Shown piece by piece: positions 7,659-17,025 of a stretch of DNA of 64,000 nt. This stretch comes from Candidatus Levyibacteriota bacterium (lineage in GTDB: Bacteria; Patescibacteriota; Microgenomatia; Levybacterales; UBA12049), in contig JACPLG010000007.1 of assembly GCA_016186625.1 (NCBI GenBank), positions 10,426 through 74,425 of the forward strand, written 5' to 3'. The translations under genes and the position numbers were made by a program. Positions within the stretch are counted from its first letter, which is position 1; each line of letters opens with the position of its first letter. Under the pieces are notes generated by a model. The model saw only the letters and a program-made list of their open reading frames with translations. It was not told the DNA's origin and searched no databases.

Positions 7659-10600
7659 ATGACAAATGAAATGCAACCCGTTCGACCCGCTTCGCAGCGA
7701 GGCGAGCAAGCTCAGGGCGAGCAAGCTCGATTGACAGGGCAAAACATTAATCCTACACTGAGAAGTGAAGGAAATATTTTCATGCCGGATGCAGCTACGG
7801 GGATAAAAGTGGAAAATCCAACTACAACAGAAGGAAAAGACACTCCCGCGGAAAAAGCCACTGATGATACGCCAAAGTTTAATGGTCAAGGAAAAGACGC
7901 CGATTCCAGGACAACACTAAAGGTTATAAGCGAAGAAAATAGTGTTCCGCAAGATGTAAGAGAAGCCGCAAGAAGAGAGTTGGAAAGAGCAAAAGAAACA
8001 CACAGGGAATCTATCAGAAAAGAGTGGCAAAAGGCAAAATCAGAAGCAAAAGAAGGAGTACTAGATGATGATTCAATTGAGGCTGCCATTGAGGCGGGGC
8101 ATGGCCCAGATACTCACACTTCTAAATTATTAACCAACTTAACTGCAAGGCAGGTAATTGAGAATGCCAATCTTGACAGAGAAAGCGAAATGACACCGCA
8201 GGAAGCAAAGGAGCTTCTGGAAAGAGACAAATTATCAGAGAAGGATCAAAATGAGATTCTTGAAGCTCACCGAGAAAGACTGGATAAAGCAGAGACATTA
8301 CTTGGCAGAAAGATTTCAGTTGGACAAAAACTGGCTATTCTGCGAGCCCATTATGTAGGTTTGGGAGAATTGGGCAAAAATGGAAAGGACGCGGGAGTTT
8401 TTAACCTTAAAAAAGATCAGATTGAAAGAAGAGTAGTAATTCTAGAGAAGGCAGGGTTTAATAAAGACCAAATACGCGTACTCATAGAATCCGGCCTAAT
8501 AGCCATGGGTGCACCACCTCCCGCCCCGGGAACTGAACAATATTATACCCAGCAGATAGAAAATGTCATAAACGACTTGGACGCACTGCTAACGCCCAGA
8601 GCTGGTCATTTTACCGATACCTTTGTTGATGACACAAGTCAGCAAATACACGAACTATATACAGTTCCACGCCAAGAGCGGGAATCTGCTCGAATATGGC
8701 TAGATCGTCATGCAAACGAGGTTTACAAATATGGATCAGAACATCCAGGGCCCGCGGCGAGAGAAGCCCGAGAATTAATGGGATTTATTCGAAGGATAGC
8801 AAGTATAGACGATATAAGGCTTGGTAGAGAAGAGCAGAACGAAAGATTTAGAATCGAATTTGATACTCTTAAAGCAGATCCAGGCGCACGGGATGCGTTA
8901 GTTGAGAAAGTAATAGAGTATGTAGCAAGTATTAATCCTTCTCACCGCGAAATACCAAGCGATATTTTAAAACGAATTATCCAAACAGAGGATGAGGGAA
9001 AATCACTTGAGCGATTAGTTATTAGAATTGTTGGTACTCCTCTTCAGTCAGAGACAGGAGAGTATAGCCTTGGGTTTTATGGCAACATCAACCTAGAATC
9101 AATAAGTAATCTTTTGCAAGCAATGTCTGAAAATCCAAATCTAGAAGGTTTACAAAATCTTCCCAGGGGAGAACAGAGACGAGTGATGGACGCTAGATAC
9201 TATCAATTGCAAGAAGTCCACACAATTAAAGAGGGAGTAAGATATATCCATGAACTTAACAAGTATACTGTTACGGATCAGTTGGAAAATGCTAGGCAAT
9301 TAGGGAATCAGATGCCCCCAGAATATCTTAATAAGTTTCAAAGGCTAAAAGGTGTGGGAACTGTTATGAGATATCTTGAGTGGGCTCTTTCAGAGGTAGT
9401 TTCAAGAGAGGGTATTCTAAACAATGAAAACTTTAATAAATTAACAGGACAGGTTAGAAACCCAGACACAGGAAAATACGAAGTTAGTCAAGAGAGTTCA
9501 GTTTTTCAATCCTTCAGAAGATACATTGACATGCTAAGAAGTGGCCGGGATATAAATGGCGCCATTCTTTCTCCCAATGACCTTACTGAACTTGCCGGTT
9601 TGGAAGATTGGGAAATAAGACTAGCCTACAATATTGGGAGAAACCTTTATAACGTTGAGCATAGAAGCGTAGAGTGGGCTGCACAAGGAAGTCCCAGACC
9701 CGGATATAGCATGTGGAAATCTCCTGTTATGGAAGGATTTGCAAGGATCTTGAATTTCGGAAAGTGGTTGAATTTAAGATTTGCACTCGGAGAAGGTAGA
9801 GGAGGAATGGTTTTATTTAAGCATGTCATAGAAGTTATGCAAAGGCTAAGGCGCAATAAAGGCTATGAGAGAAATAACCCTATGACACTTGATAAAATCA
9901 AAGGTGAAGATATTGCTATGTTTGAACTGGCAAATATGACTGCGCCAAGAGGCTTCTGGGCTTCGTGGAGAGCAATGGGTGGTCTTTTGGAACAATTTGC
10001 AGCGAAATTTCATATTCGACCAAACACGCTCATTAGCGGTTATGACGTAATACATGATAAAGATGTATTGAATCCCCAGGATACTAATTTAGCATTTATA
10101 TTAGATTTCCAAGCTTTATCACTCAAAAGAGGCAACGAAGATCCTATAAAATGGGACAAAGCTACGGATGAGATGAAAATGGACTATTTAAGAGCCGTTT
10201 TTCTAAATCCGGAAAACCCAGCCCAACTGCGCCCTGATCTTAGGATTGGACTTGGCGCAATTCTTAGAATAGCCCTGACTCCAGAAGGGGGCAAAAAACA
10301 TCGGGAACTAGATAGTCTTAGGGAGACTATTAGAACCAAGATCTGGGAAAGAGTAGCAGAAGATAATCCTCTAGCTGTTGCTCCATATCTGCACGGATTG
10401 AAATATAAAGGCGGGAGAACTGTAGATATATATAATCATAATCCAAATGTAAATTGGCTGGAATTTTCCAGAAAGCTGGCATACCTAAATGAAATAAGAC
10501 TCGCTCATATTAGAGGCTATAGAGACCCAGCTACAGGCCGGATTGTAGCGAGTATAAATTATACACTCCAAGACGCAATAAATAGCGTGAGAAATGCAAC

Positions 10601-11378
10601 CCAAGGCCGTCCCGATGCCTCCCTTTATAACTTAACTGGGGCTGAAAATGATTTACTGCAGCATATTACTTTAGAAGGAAGGACAGCTGCAGCAGATCTT
10701 GCAAATGTGGAATTCCCTTTTATCCCTTTCCTTAACGATATACTTTTTGAAAGGGCTGATTATGATGAGCCTGGAGCTCAAGCTGTGGGAAGGCATTTTA
10801 ATGACTTGGCTCAAATTCATGGTTCTAACCAAGCATCAGCCGACATGTTAGTCTTTCCTGCCCAATTTATTCAAAAGGATCCTAATGCTACAGTAGAAGC
10901 ATTTAAGAAATTTGAGCAAGGAATAACAGCAGTACACGGAGATAAAGTAGGCAAAGCTAGGTTATATCCGTTTGTTGAATCGATACTTTGGTTTCATAGG
11001 AGAGGAGAAAATGGGGGCGGTCGAGTTAGAAGGTTTATTAGGAAGCAGGATGAGATTCATACGATACTGCAGAAATTTAGAATCCCAAAGATTGGATACA
11101 ACTCAGTAGCTCAGCAAGAGCTCAAAAGTTACAAACCTGAAACCCTAGACCTTGGGCAAGTTTTTGATTACATTGATTTACTTAGCGCTGAGGGACTGAT
11201 GGGTGAAGATGAACAAGATGAAGCAAAGAAAAGGCTTGGAGGCGCAGGCCGCTTTGGATGGCTCTTTATACTTAGAATGATCTGGGAGGGAGTTCAGAGA
11301 GGTACAAAAGCAGGTGCTGTAATTGGAGGAGCAGAGCTTCTTAAAAGATCATTTAATCCTAAAGGGGCTGTTGAATAA
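7659..11378 (+). CDS. Large hypothetical protein (1239 aa)
   Basis: Long uninterrupted ORF with no recognisable motif; true start may be 7782 because the 5' part overlaps a REP-like repeat. Confidence 0.7.
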   Translation: MTNEMQPVRPASQRGEQAQGEQARLTGQNINPTLRSEGNIFMPDAATGIKVENPTTTEGKDTPAEKATDDTPKFNGQGKDADSRTTLKVISEENSVPQDVREAARRELERAKETHRESIRKEWQKAKSEAKEGVLDDDSIEAAIEAGHGPDTHTSKLLTNLTARQVIENANLDRESEMTPQEAKELLERDKLSEKDQNEILEAHRERLDKAETLLGRKISVGQKLAILRAHYVGLGELGKNGKDAGVFNLKKDQIERRVVILEKAGFNKDQIRVLIESGLIAMGAPPPAPGTEQYYTQQIENVINDLDALLTPRAGHFTDTFVDDTSQQIHELYTVPRQERESARIWLDRHANEVYKYGSEHPGPAAREARELMGFIRRIASIDDIRLGREEQNERFRIEFDTLKADPGARDALVEKVIEYVASINPSHREIPSDILKRIIQTEDEGKSLERLVIRIVGTPLQSETGEYSLGFYGNINLESISNLLQAMSENPNLEGLQNLPRGEQRRVMDARYYQLQEVHTIKEGVRYIHELNKYTVTDQLENARQLGNQMPPEYLNKFQRLKGVGTVMRYLEWALSEVVSREGILNNENFNKLTGQVRNPDTGKYEVSQESSVFQSFRRYIDMLRSGRDINGAILSPNDLTELAGLEDWEIRLAYNIGRNLYNVEHRSVEWAAQGSPRPGYSMWKSPVMEGFARILNFGKWLNLRFALGEGRGGMVLFKHVIEVMQRLRRNKGYERNNPMTLDKIKGEDIAMFELANMTAPRGFWASWRAMGGLLEQFAAKFHIRPNTLISGYDVIHDKDVLNPQDTNLAFILDFQALSLKRGNEDPIKWDKATDEMKMDYLRAVFLNPENPAQLRPDLRIGLGAILRIALTPEGGKKHRELDSLRETIRTKIWERVAEDNPLAVAPYLHGLKYKGGRTVDIYNHNPNVNWLEFSRKLAYLNEIRLAHIRGYRDPATGRIVASINYTLQDAINSVRNATQGRPDASLYNLTGAENDLLQHITLEGRTAAADLANVEFPFIPFLNDILFERADYDEPGAQAVGRHFNDLAQIHGSNQASADMLVFPAQFIQKDPNATVEAFKKFEQGITAVHGDKVGKARLYPFVESILWFHRRGENGGGRVRRFIRKQDEIHTILQKFRIPKIGYNSVAQQELKSYKPETLDLGQVFDYIDLLSAEGLMGEDEQDEAKKRLGGAGRFGWLFILRMIWEGVQRGTKAGAVIGGAELLKRSFNPKGAVE

Positions 11379-11381
11379 TCA

Positions 11382-13034
11382 TTAAATTTTAAAGATTTGT
11401 CTCCAAACAGCTTGTGGACCACCTTTTACTCCAGGCGCGGGAGTCTTCATTGAATAAGCAGCAGTACCTCTGGCAAAAGCTCCTATGGTGGCACCTGCTT
11501 CACCTGCGGGTTGGAAGACAGGGCCGTAGTTAACTCCTGTTGCTTTTATAGCGCTTCTTGTTACATTAAGAACGTTTGGAGTGAGGAACAGAAATCCTAA
11601 GGCAATAATTCCTGAGAAAATCGGTGATCCTGCGCCTGCGCCACCTCCCGCCAGAGGAGGAATAAATATCGGGCCAGTTGCACCAAAGAGGCTTGGGTCT
11701 GCCGCAATCTGGCTAAATACTTTACCAAGAATAATCATTGAAAGCGCAGTTGGGAATACAGCCAAGTTGGCAATCATGTCCTTAAACCACGCGCCTACTC
11801 CAACAGTTGATCCTGGGAAGAGGCCAATAAGAAACCAGAAAGGCGCAAAAACTATGTCAATAAGAATAGTTATATAAGCAACAATTAGTATTATCCAAAG
11901 CCTTATTGCCGTATAAATTAAGGCAATAAATATTATTAGTGCGGATAAGACTCCCACAATTAGCCCTACTACTGCTGCAAACATATTGCCAATAATGTCA
12001 AAAAAGCCTGGTTCAAATTTGAAATCGGATGGTGGTACTCCCCCGGGAGAACCATTCAGCGCTACCTCAACCAGTCTTCTAATTGTATCCGAGCCTTGGG
12101 CAGCAAGTTCAGGAAATCCTCCCCCACCTATAACCTCTAAATCCGGATCTCCTGGCCAGAGCCTGTTTATTAAATCAAAAGGAGTGGGGGAAGTTGCAAT
12201 TTCATTAAAGCCGATTTGCTGCGCGGTGGCAGAAGGTTGCCTGATAAGATCAAAAAGGATACCCCCAACTAAATAAATTGCAACGTACATAACATCAACC
12301 AGAAATCCGGCAATTGCAAAGGAAAATGTGACCAGAAGTATTCCTACAATTATTCTGGGAATCTGGTTCTCAATGGTCATAACAGTTCTGGGATCTATAT
12401 GGACCCTAAGCATTATGGCAAGGCCAATTAGGACAAAAATTAGAACAAATAGAAGATAGGCAATATTTCTCATGGCAACCCAGATTGAAATAAGGGGCCT
12501 GATGCCACAAAACCCTACTCCTTGCGAAGCGCCTGCGCATAGATTGGTCTGGGCATATGCTTTTTTGGTTATGCCAAAATTGCCAGCCAAATAGTTTATA
12601 TACTCTCCGGAGCTTACTGGAGGGGTGAAAGTGTAGGCAATAAATGTTCCTATTATCCCAACCGCTCCATTGCCGTTTTCCACAAACCCGATTTTTCCTG
12701 TCACAGGATCAATACCCAAACACTCCTGGCCACTTCTTACTAAATCCATACCTGAGAGCTGGCAGACCATGGCAGCCATCACCTCAATTACTACAGACTG
12801 AACATAACTGTGCTGGTCTTTGGGCACATCCGGATTTAAGTTGGGAGCATAAGCGGCTGATTGCTGATTGCTGATTGCTGATTGCTGATTTCCAACTACT
12901 ACAGTAGCGTTGGTTTGAGCATAGGCTGTTCCAATATAAAATATAAAATAGAAAAAAGAAAATAGACCGAAGAATAAAACTAAACGCTTAACGCTTAACG
13001 CTAGACGCTTCGCTTGGGCAGCAATTCTCATCAA
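11382..13034 (-). CDS. VirB6/TrbL-like multi-pass membrane protein (CPR type)
   Basis: IWVAMRNIAYLLFV...GLAIMLR, IPRIIVGILLVTFSFAIAG, DIVFAPFWFL...WFKDMIANLAVFP. Confidence 0.6.
   Translation of the reverse strand: MMRIAAQAKRLALSVKRLVLFFGLFSFFYFIFYIGTAYAQTNATVVVGNQQSAISNQQSAAYAPNLNPDVPKDQHSYVQSVVIEVMAAMVCQLSGMDLVRSGQECLGIDPVTGKIGFVENGNGAVGIIGTFIAYTFTPPVSSGEYINYLAGNFGITKKAYAQTNLCAGASQGVGFCGIRPLISIWVAMRNIAYLLFVLIFVLIGLAIMLRVHIDPRTVMTIENQIPRIIVGILLVTFSFAIAGFLVDVMYVAIYLVGGILFDLIRQPSATAQQIGFNEIATSPTPFDLINRLWPGDPDLEVIGGGGFPELAAQGSDTIRRLVEVALNGSPGGVPPSDFKFEPGFFDIIGNMFAAVVGLIVGVLSALIIFIALIYTAIRLWIILIVAYITILIDIVFAPFWFLIGLFPGSTVGVGAWFKDMIANLAVFPTALSMIILGKVFSQIAADPSLFGATGPIFIPPLAGGGAGAGSPIFSGIIALGFLFLTPNVLNVTRSAIKATGVNYGPVFQPAGEAGATIGAFARGTAAYSMKTPAPGVKGGPQAVWRQIFKI
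12856..12890. repeat. Perfect (GCTGATT)5 tandem repeat inside CDS
   Basis: Five exact copies; encodes NQQSAISNQQS. Confidence 0.95.
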
Positions 13035-13122
13035 TTTTAGTTTGATTTATTTTGAGCTAGATGTCAAGCAGCCCTACACTAAAGTTTCGGATCTGCGAGC
13101 AGCGTCGGATCGGCGAAAGACG

Positions 13123-13211
<89 letters not shown>

Positions 13212-13261
13212 TTAGGTGTATTTTACCAGTTTTTGAGCTTGGGTTAAAGTAAGACTGAAAT

Positions 13262-14674
13262 TTAAGCGGGTCTTCTTTGTGGCTGAGAAGTCTGTTCCAC
13301 AGTACCTCTTGCCTGTTTGAATGAATCCATTACGGTATTTGCAAATAAGACTAAAAAGATACCTAATAAGAAACTTCTTATCCTTCTTTTCCTTTTCTCA
13401 TGTCTGATCATTAAATAATGCTGGTTTGCCCCCTCATATCTTGCTTCAGCTCGATCAATTTTACTTTGATCGCCGGATCTAATTGCCTCATCAAGCTCTG
13501 ATTTTAATTGGTCTCTGTATGCTTTTGCCCCTTCATCAGCTTTTGCCACTCGTTCTTCATACGAGCGAGTTGAGTCTGTCTTGGCAGCTTTTTTCATTGG
13601 CTCAAAAACCCTCTCTTTATATAGCTCAGCATGCTGTTTTCTTATTTCACTTGAACTACTATCAGCATTTGTTCCTCTTCCAAATAAGGTACGGATTCTT
13701 GAACCCAGATGTCCAAGCTTTCCTCCAATCGCTCTCTCAGCTTGTGCCCTGATATAAGAGGAATTAAGAAGCTCATCATTTTCTTCAGCCTCTTGCAGTC
13801 TTGTTTCAAACAATTTTCTATCTTGTGCATTTAAATTTCCTTCTGCTTTTTCCTCAGCCTCAGCCAACTCCTTTTGAACATCTGCGGCAAAAGAAAATAT
13901 AGGTTCGGCCGTTTCATCAGGCTCCGGAGGTTCTGCGGCAGGTGTGTCTGGCTCATCGTCTACAGGAGGAGCCTCGGCAGGTACTCCGGCGACATCCTGA
14001 TTTTCAGCTCCTACAACATCTTTTGGAGCTTCTTCAATTTCCGAACTTTCTGCTACTGTTGGGGCATCCGCCTCATCTTGAGCTGATGTAGGCGATTCAA
14101 CTATAGGGCCTGCTGCTTCCGTGGCAGAATCTGACACCTCCTTAAACCTGAGCTTTGCTGCCTCATGTCTTAATCTAGCCTGTTTAATAGCAAGTTCGTT
14201 TCCAGAAGCAAGCGCGTCATTGAGTTCTTGTAGCGTACTATCTCTGGCGGAGGCTACATCAGCAAGCTTATCTTCCACAGGACGATAATTTGCTTCGGAT
14301 CCAACAGGAGTCGGTTCCGCAGTTTCTATTGTGGGTTCAGCTGGAGTAGTTTCTGGGGAAGCATTTTTGTCTCCTGCTGATTCAGGTGTCATTGGTTCAG
14401 CGACTGGTGGAGGAAGAGATGCGGGGTCCACATCTGCTACTGTTGCCAAGCCATTATCAACAGCAGGCGGCGCAGCTTCTTCAGACTGGCCTCCTATTGC
14501 TGTTTGAACTCTCGCTGCTAGAGCTTCACCAGCTGTGGTTTCGGCGTGGCTTGGCCCAGCTGGAGATCCGCTTTCTGGAGTCGAACTTCCGGCTGCTTCC
14601 ACAGCGCCTGGTGATGCTCCTGCTTCTGCCGGTGGTGGAGCGACTGTTATGTCTGGTGATGGTAATCCTCCCAT
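13262..14674 (-). CDS. Acidic Pro/Ala/Glu-rich hypothetical protein with C-terminal TM anchor
   Basis: Low-complexity N-terminus; KRKRRIRSFLLGIFLVLFA near the C-terminus. Confidence 0.7.
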   Translation of the reverse strand: MGGLPSPDITVAPPPAEAGASPGAVEAAGSSTPESGSPAGPSHAETTAGEALAARVQTAIGGQSEEAAPPAVDNGLATVADVDPASLPPPVAEPMTPESAGDKNASPETTPAEPTIETAEPTPVGSEANYRPVEDKLADVASARDSTLQELNDALASGNELAIKQARLRHEAAKLRFKEVSDSATEAAGPIVESPTSAQDEADAPTVAESSEIEEAPKDVVGAENQDVAGVPAEAPPVDDEPDTPAAEPPEPDETAEPIFSFAADVQKELAEAEEKAEGNLNAQDRKLFETRLQEAEENDELLNSSYIRAQAERAIGGKLGHLGSRIRTLFGRGTNADSSSSEIRKQHAELYKERVFEPMKKAAKTDSTRSYEERVAKADEGAKAYRDQLKSELDEAIRSGDQSKIDRAEARYEGANQHYLMIRHEKRKRRIRSFLLGIFLVLFANTVMDSFKQARGTVEQTSQPQRRPA

Positions 14675-14761
14675 ATACCCTTTCTTTAGTCTAAGCTTAC
14701 TTAGCTTAGTTTGTCAAAGTATACAGTGAGGCAAGCCCGACAGCTTGATAACAACTTTACA

Positions 14762-14891
14762 GAAAGATTATAAGATTAGACGGTAGATGATAGATAATTG
14801 AAGATAGAATTTTTGAAGATAGAAGATTGAGGATGGATCGATTTTCTATTTTCCATATCCAAATTCCTACTTTCTATGTTCTATTTTCTAT
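14762..14891. repeat. GAAGATA-type heptamer inverted-repeat element (family D)
   Basis: gaagatagaa...gaagatagaagattgaggatggatcg|attttctattttcc...ttctattttctatc; inverted homolog inside tgt. Confidence 0.75.
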
Positions 14892-15227
14892 CGTCGAACT
14901 CTCCGTCAGGGTTTTGGCAGTTGAAATTGCTGAGTCAATATTGCCCTGTCTTATAAAATCCCGCATTTGATTTAAAACCTGGTCTCTTTTTTCATCAGTT
15001 GCTTTTTCAAGCTCATCAAGATAAACTTTCTCAGCCTCAGGATATTTTTGTCCCAAGTTTTTAAGCTTTTGCAAAAGATCAGCCTGGTCTTTTATAGGAA
15101 GAACGGCAAGGAAATCACGGGCCAGTTGCTGAGCCGCCCCAGCCTCAATTTTATTACTCTTAAGATGCTCGATAATAAGTTGGAGCAACTCTTTTTTTAC
15201 TTCTTCAACCTCTTGCGTAATATCCAC
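14874..15227 (-). CDS. Hypothetical helical protein
   Basis: 117-aa ORF with GTG start. Confidence 0.65.
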   Translation of the reverse strand: MDITQEVEEVKKELLQLIIEHLKSNKIEAGAAQQLARDFLAVLPIKDQADLLQKLKNLGQKYPEAEKVYLDELEKATDEKRDQVLNQMRDFIRQGNIDSAISTAKTLTESSTIENRT

Positions 15228-15240
15228 ACATTTATTTTAC

Positions 15241-15395
15241 CAGAAAACTCGGAAAACTCAGAGTTCCGGAAATTCAGGTAACCAGAAAATCTGATAAGCT
15301 AAAAGTGTGGTGCGAGATGTTACAGATCTGGAGATCTGGTACATTCTGATTCTCTGATTTTCTGACAATCTGAGTAATCACCTGAGTATTCTGAA
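15241..15395. mobile_element. Family A element containing a collapsed four-helix-bundle gene remnant
   Basis: Inverted TCAGA/TCTGA arms around GTG GTG CGA GAT GTT ACA GAT CTG GAG (MVRDVTDLE) fused to ATC TGG AGA TCT GGT ACA TTC TGA (IWRSGTF*). Confidence 0.8.
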
Positions 15396-15439
15396 CTATT
15401 TGTCTTGACGTTCGAGTTCACTTGAGATACATTAGAGAT

Positions 15440-16015
15440 ATGGAAAATGAAACTGAGGGAAAAGAGTTTGAAAGGAGGGAAGAGGCACCAACTTCAAGCA
15501 GTACTCTTCCCCATGAGCATGAGCATAGCCTCAAAACCCTTCTTTCCTGGTCTGCTCCGGGACGTCCTTTTAAAGCTAGGTCAAAGCAATTTTATATGAC
15601 CGCACTCCTTATTGCCTTTTTTATTGAAGTAATACTTTTCTTATTTTCTCAGTACATGCTTATGTTTGTTGTTGCATCTCTGGTCTTTGTAGGATTTGCT
15701 TTTGCCTACGTTCCTCCCAAGAATTTTCATTATAGAATTTCAACTGAAGGACTTATGATTGAAGACCATTTTTATATCTGGCATGAGCTTTATGATTTTT
15801 ATTTTACAAAAAGACAAGGTGTTGAAGTATTAAATATTAGGACTAAAAGCATTTTCCCGGGAATTCTAACAATCTCCTTGGGGGATGTTACAAAAGAGCA
15901 CGTAAAGGATGTTTTGCTTAGATATCTGCCTTTTAGAGAGTATATTAAGCCTACTTTTCTTGAAAGATCTGGAGATTGGCTCAGCCGCAATTTCCCCCTT
16001 GAAAGACCCCAATAA
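15440..16015 (+). CDS. Two-TM membrane protein with C-terminal PH-like domain
   Basis: LLSWSAPGRPFK, two TM helices, YRISTEGLMIEDHFYIWHEL; start trimmed to ATG 15440. Confidence 0.7.
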   Translation: MENETEGKEFERREEAPTSSSTLPHEHEHSLKTLLSWSAPGRPFKARSKQFYMTALLIAFFIEVILFLFSQYMLMFVVASLVFVGFAFAYVPPKNFHYRISTEGLMIEDHFYIWHELYDFYFTKRQGVEVLNIRTKSIFPGILTISLGDVTKEHVKDVLLRYLPFREYIKPTFLERSGDWLSRNFPLERPQ

Positions 16016-16042
16016 ATTTGTTTACGTTGAGCCTGCGAAGTG

Positions 16043-16129
16043 CGGAGGGGGCGGGATTTGAACCCGCGATATCCTTGCGGATATACCTGCTCTCCAAGCA
16101 AGCGCACTAGGCCACTATGCGACCCCTCC
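16043..16129 (-). tRNA. tRNA-Ser(GGA)
   Basis: GGAGGGG acceptor, loop TTGGAGA, long variable arm, GTTCAAATC. Confidence 0.95.
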
Positions 16130-16138
16130 AAAATGAAT

Positions 16139-16570
16139 TTAAAATTTCAAATTTAAAATTTTCTTGGCTTCTTCCCAGACTTTTTTATCCGAGGGATAAG
16201 TAAGTCTTTTTGAAACATCATTATAATCAATCCACTCAACTTTCTCCATCTCCCAATCATGATTCTCCGTGTTTCCTGAAATATATCTCATTATGAAAAA
16301 ATATACCGTTTTTTTAACTTTCTCTCCTTCCCATAGGTACCAGTAAGTAGAGGGGGCTAGCGATTTCTCAATTTTAGCCTCAATTCCCGTCTCTTCCTTA
16401 ACTTCTCTAATGGCAGTTTCCTCTTTTGTTTGATCTTTATTACCTCTGTGGTCTCCAATCAGTCCTTTTGGAAAAACCCAGCCGTGATGGCCGGAATGCT
16501 GGCAAACAAGAATCTTAATTCCTCTATTTTTTTTGTAAACAATCCCACCAGCTGAAAATTCAAATTTCAT
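16139..16570 (-). CDS. NUDIX hydrolase
   Basis: SAGGIV, WVFPKG, EETAIREVKEETG Nudix box; start trimmed to ATG 16570 because the upstream part is a tRNA. Confidence 0.9.
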   Translation of the reverse strand: MKFEFSAGGIVYKKNRGIKILVCQHSGHHGWVFPKGLIGDHRGNKDQTKEETAIREVKEETGIEAKIEKSLAPSTYWYLWEGEKVKKTVYFFIMRYISGNTENHDWEMEKVEWIDYNDVSKRLTYPSDKKVWEEAKKILNLKF

Positions 16571-16576
16571 ACTTTG

Positions 16577-16663
16577 CGGTGGGAGAGGGATTTGGACCCC
16601 CGTGAGATTTTCATCTCGCATGGTTTTCGAAACCAGCCTGTTAGACCACTCCAGCACCCCACC
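16577..16663 (-). tRNA. tRNA-Ser(CGA)
   Basis: GGTGGGG acceptor, loop TTCGAAA, long variable arm; atypical T-loop TCCAAAT. Confidence 0.8.
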
Positions 16664-16688
16664 TGTTTACATTGAGTTTTTCGAAATG

Positions 16689-16762
16689 CACCCTCGAATG
16701 GATTCGAACCATCGACCTTAGCGTCCGCAACGCTACGCTCTATCCAACTGAGCTACGAGGGC
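16689..16762 (-). tRNA. tRNA-Arg(GCG)
   Basis: GCCCTCG acceptor, TAGCG-TTGCGGA-CGCTA anticodon arm, GTTCGAATC. Confidence 0.95.
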
Positions 16763-16832
16763 AAGTATACATATTTTAGTCGATTATCTGAGGCTAAGCA
16801 AGTTTAAATTACCGAACATAAGCGGACTTGGG

Positions 16833-16922
16833 CGGAGGAGGTGGGATTAGAACACACGCGAGTCTTATTCAGGATCAAGGGTTTAGAAAAACCTCGCAAT
16901 GGAACTACTATGCGACTCCTCC
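16833..16922 (-). pseudogene. Degenerate Ser-type tRNA with TCT anticodon
   Basis: GGAGGAG/CTCCTCC acceptor, G73, long variable region; D-loop lacks GG, T-loop TTCTAAT, stem mismatches. Confidence 0.6.
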
Positions 16923-17025
16923 TCAAAAGACGACTAGATAGTTGAGTAATTATACACCATGAGAGCCTTGTTTGCGACCTGTCAATAAATATTGAAGTGA
17001 GTTAGCAATTGCTTATAATGTTGAT

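Noticed and set aside
15799-16657. ORF 15799-16131 and the N-terminal extension of the NUDIX ORF
   Set aside because: These read through tRNA-Ser genes; the real NUDIX start is 16570.
16833-16922. Selenocysteine or suppressor tRNA
   Set aside because: The centred anticodon is TCT, not TCA or CTA, and the acceptor stem is 7 bp.
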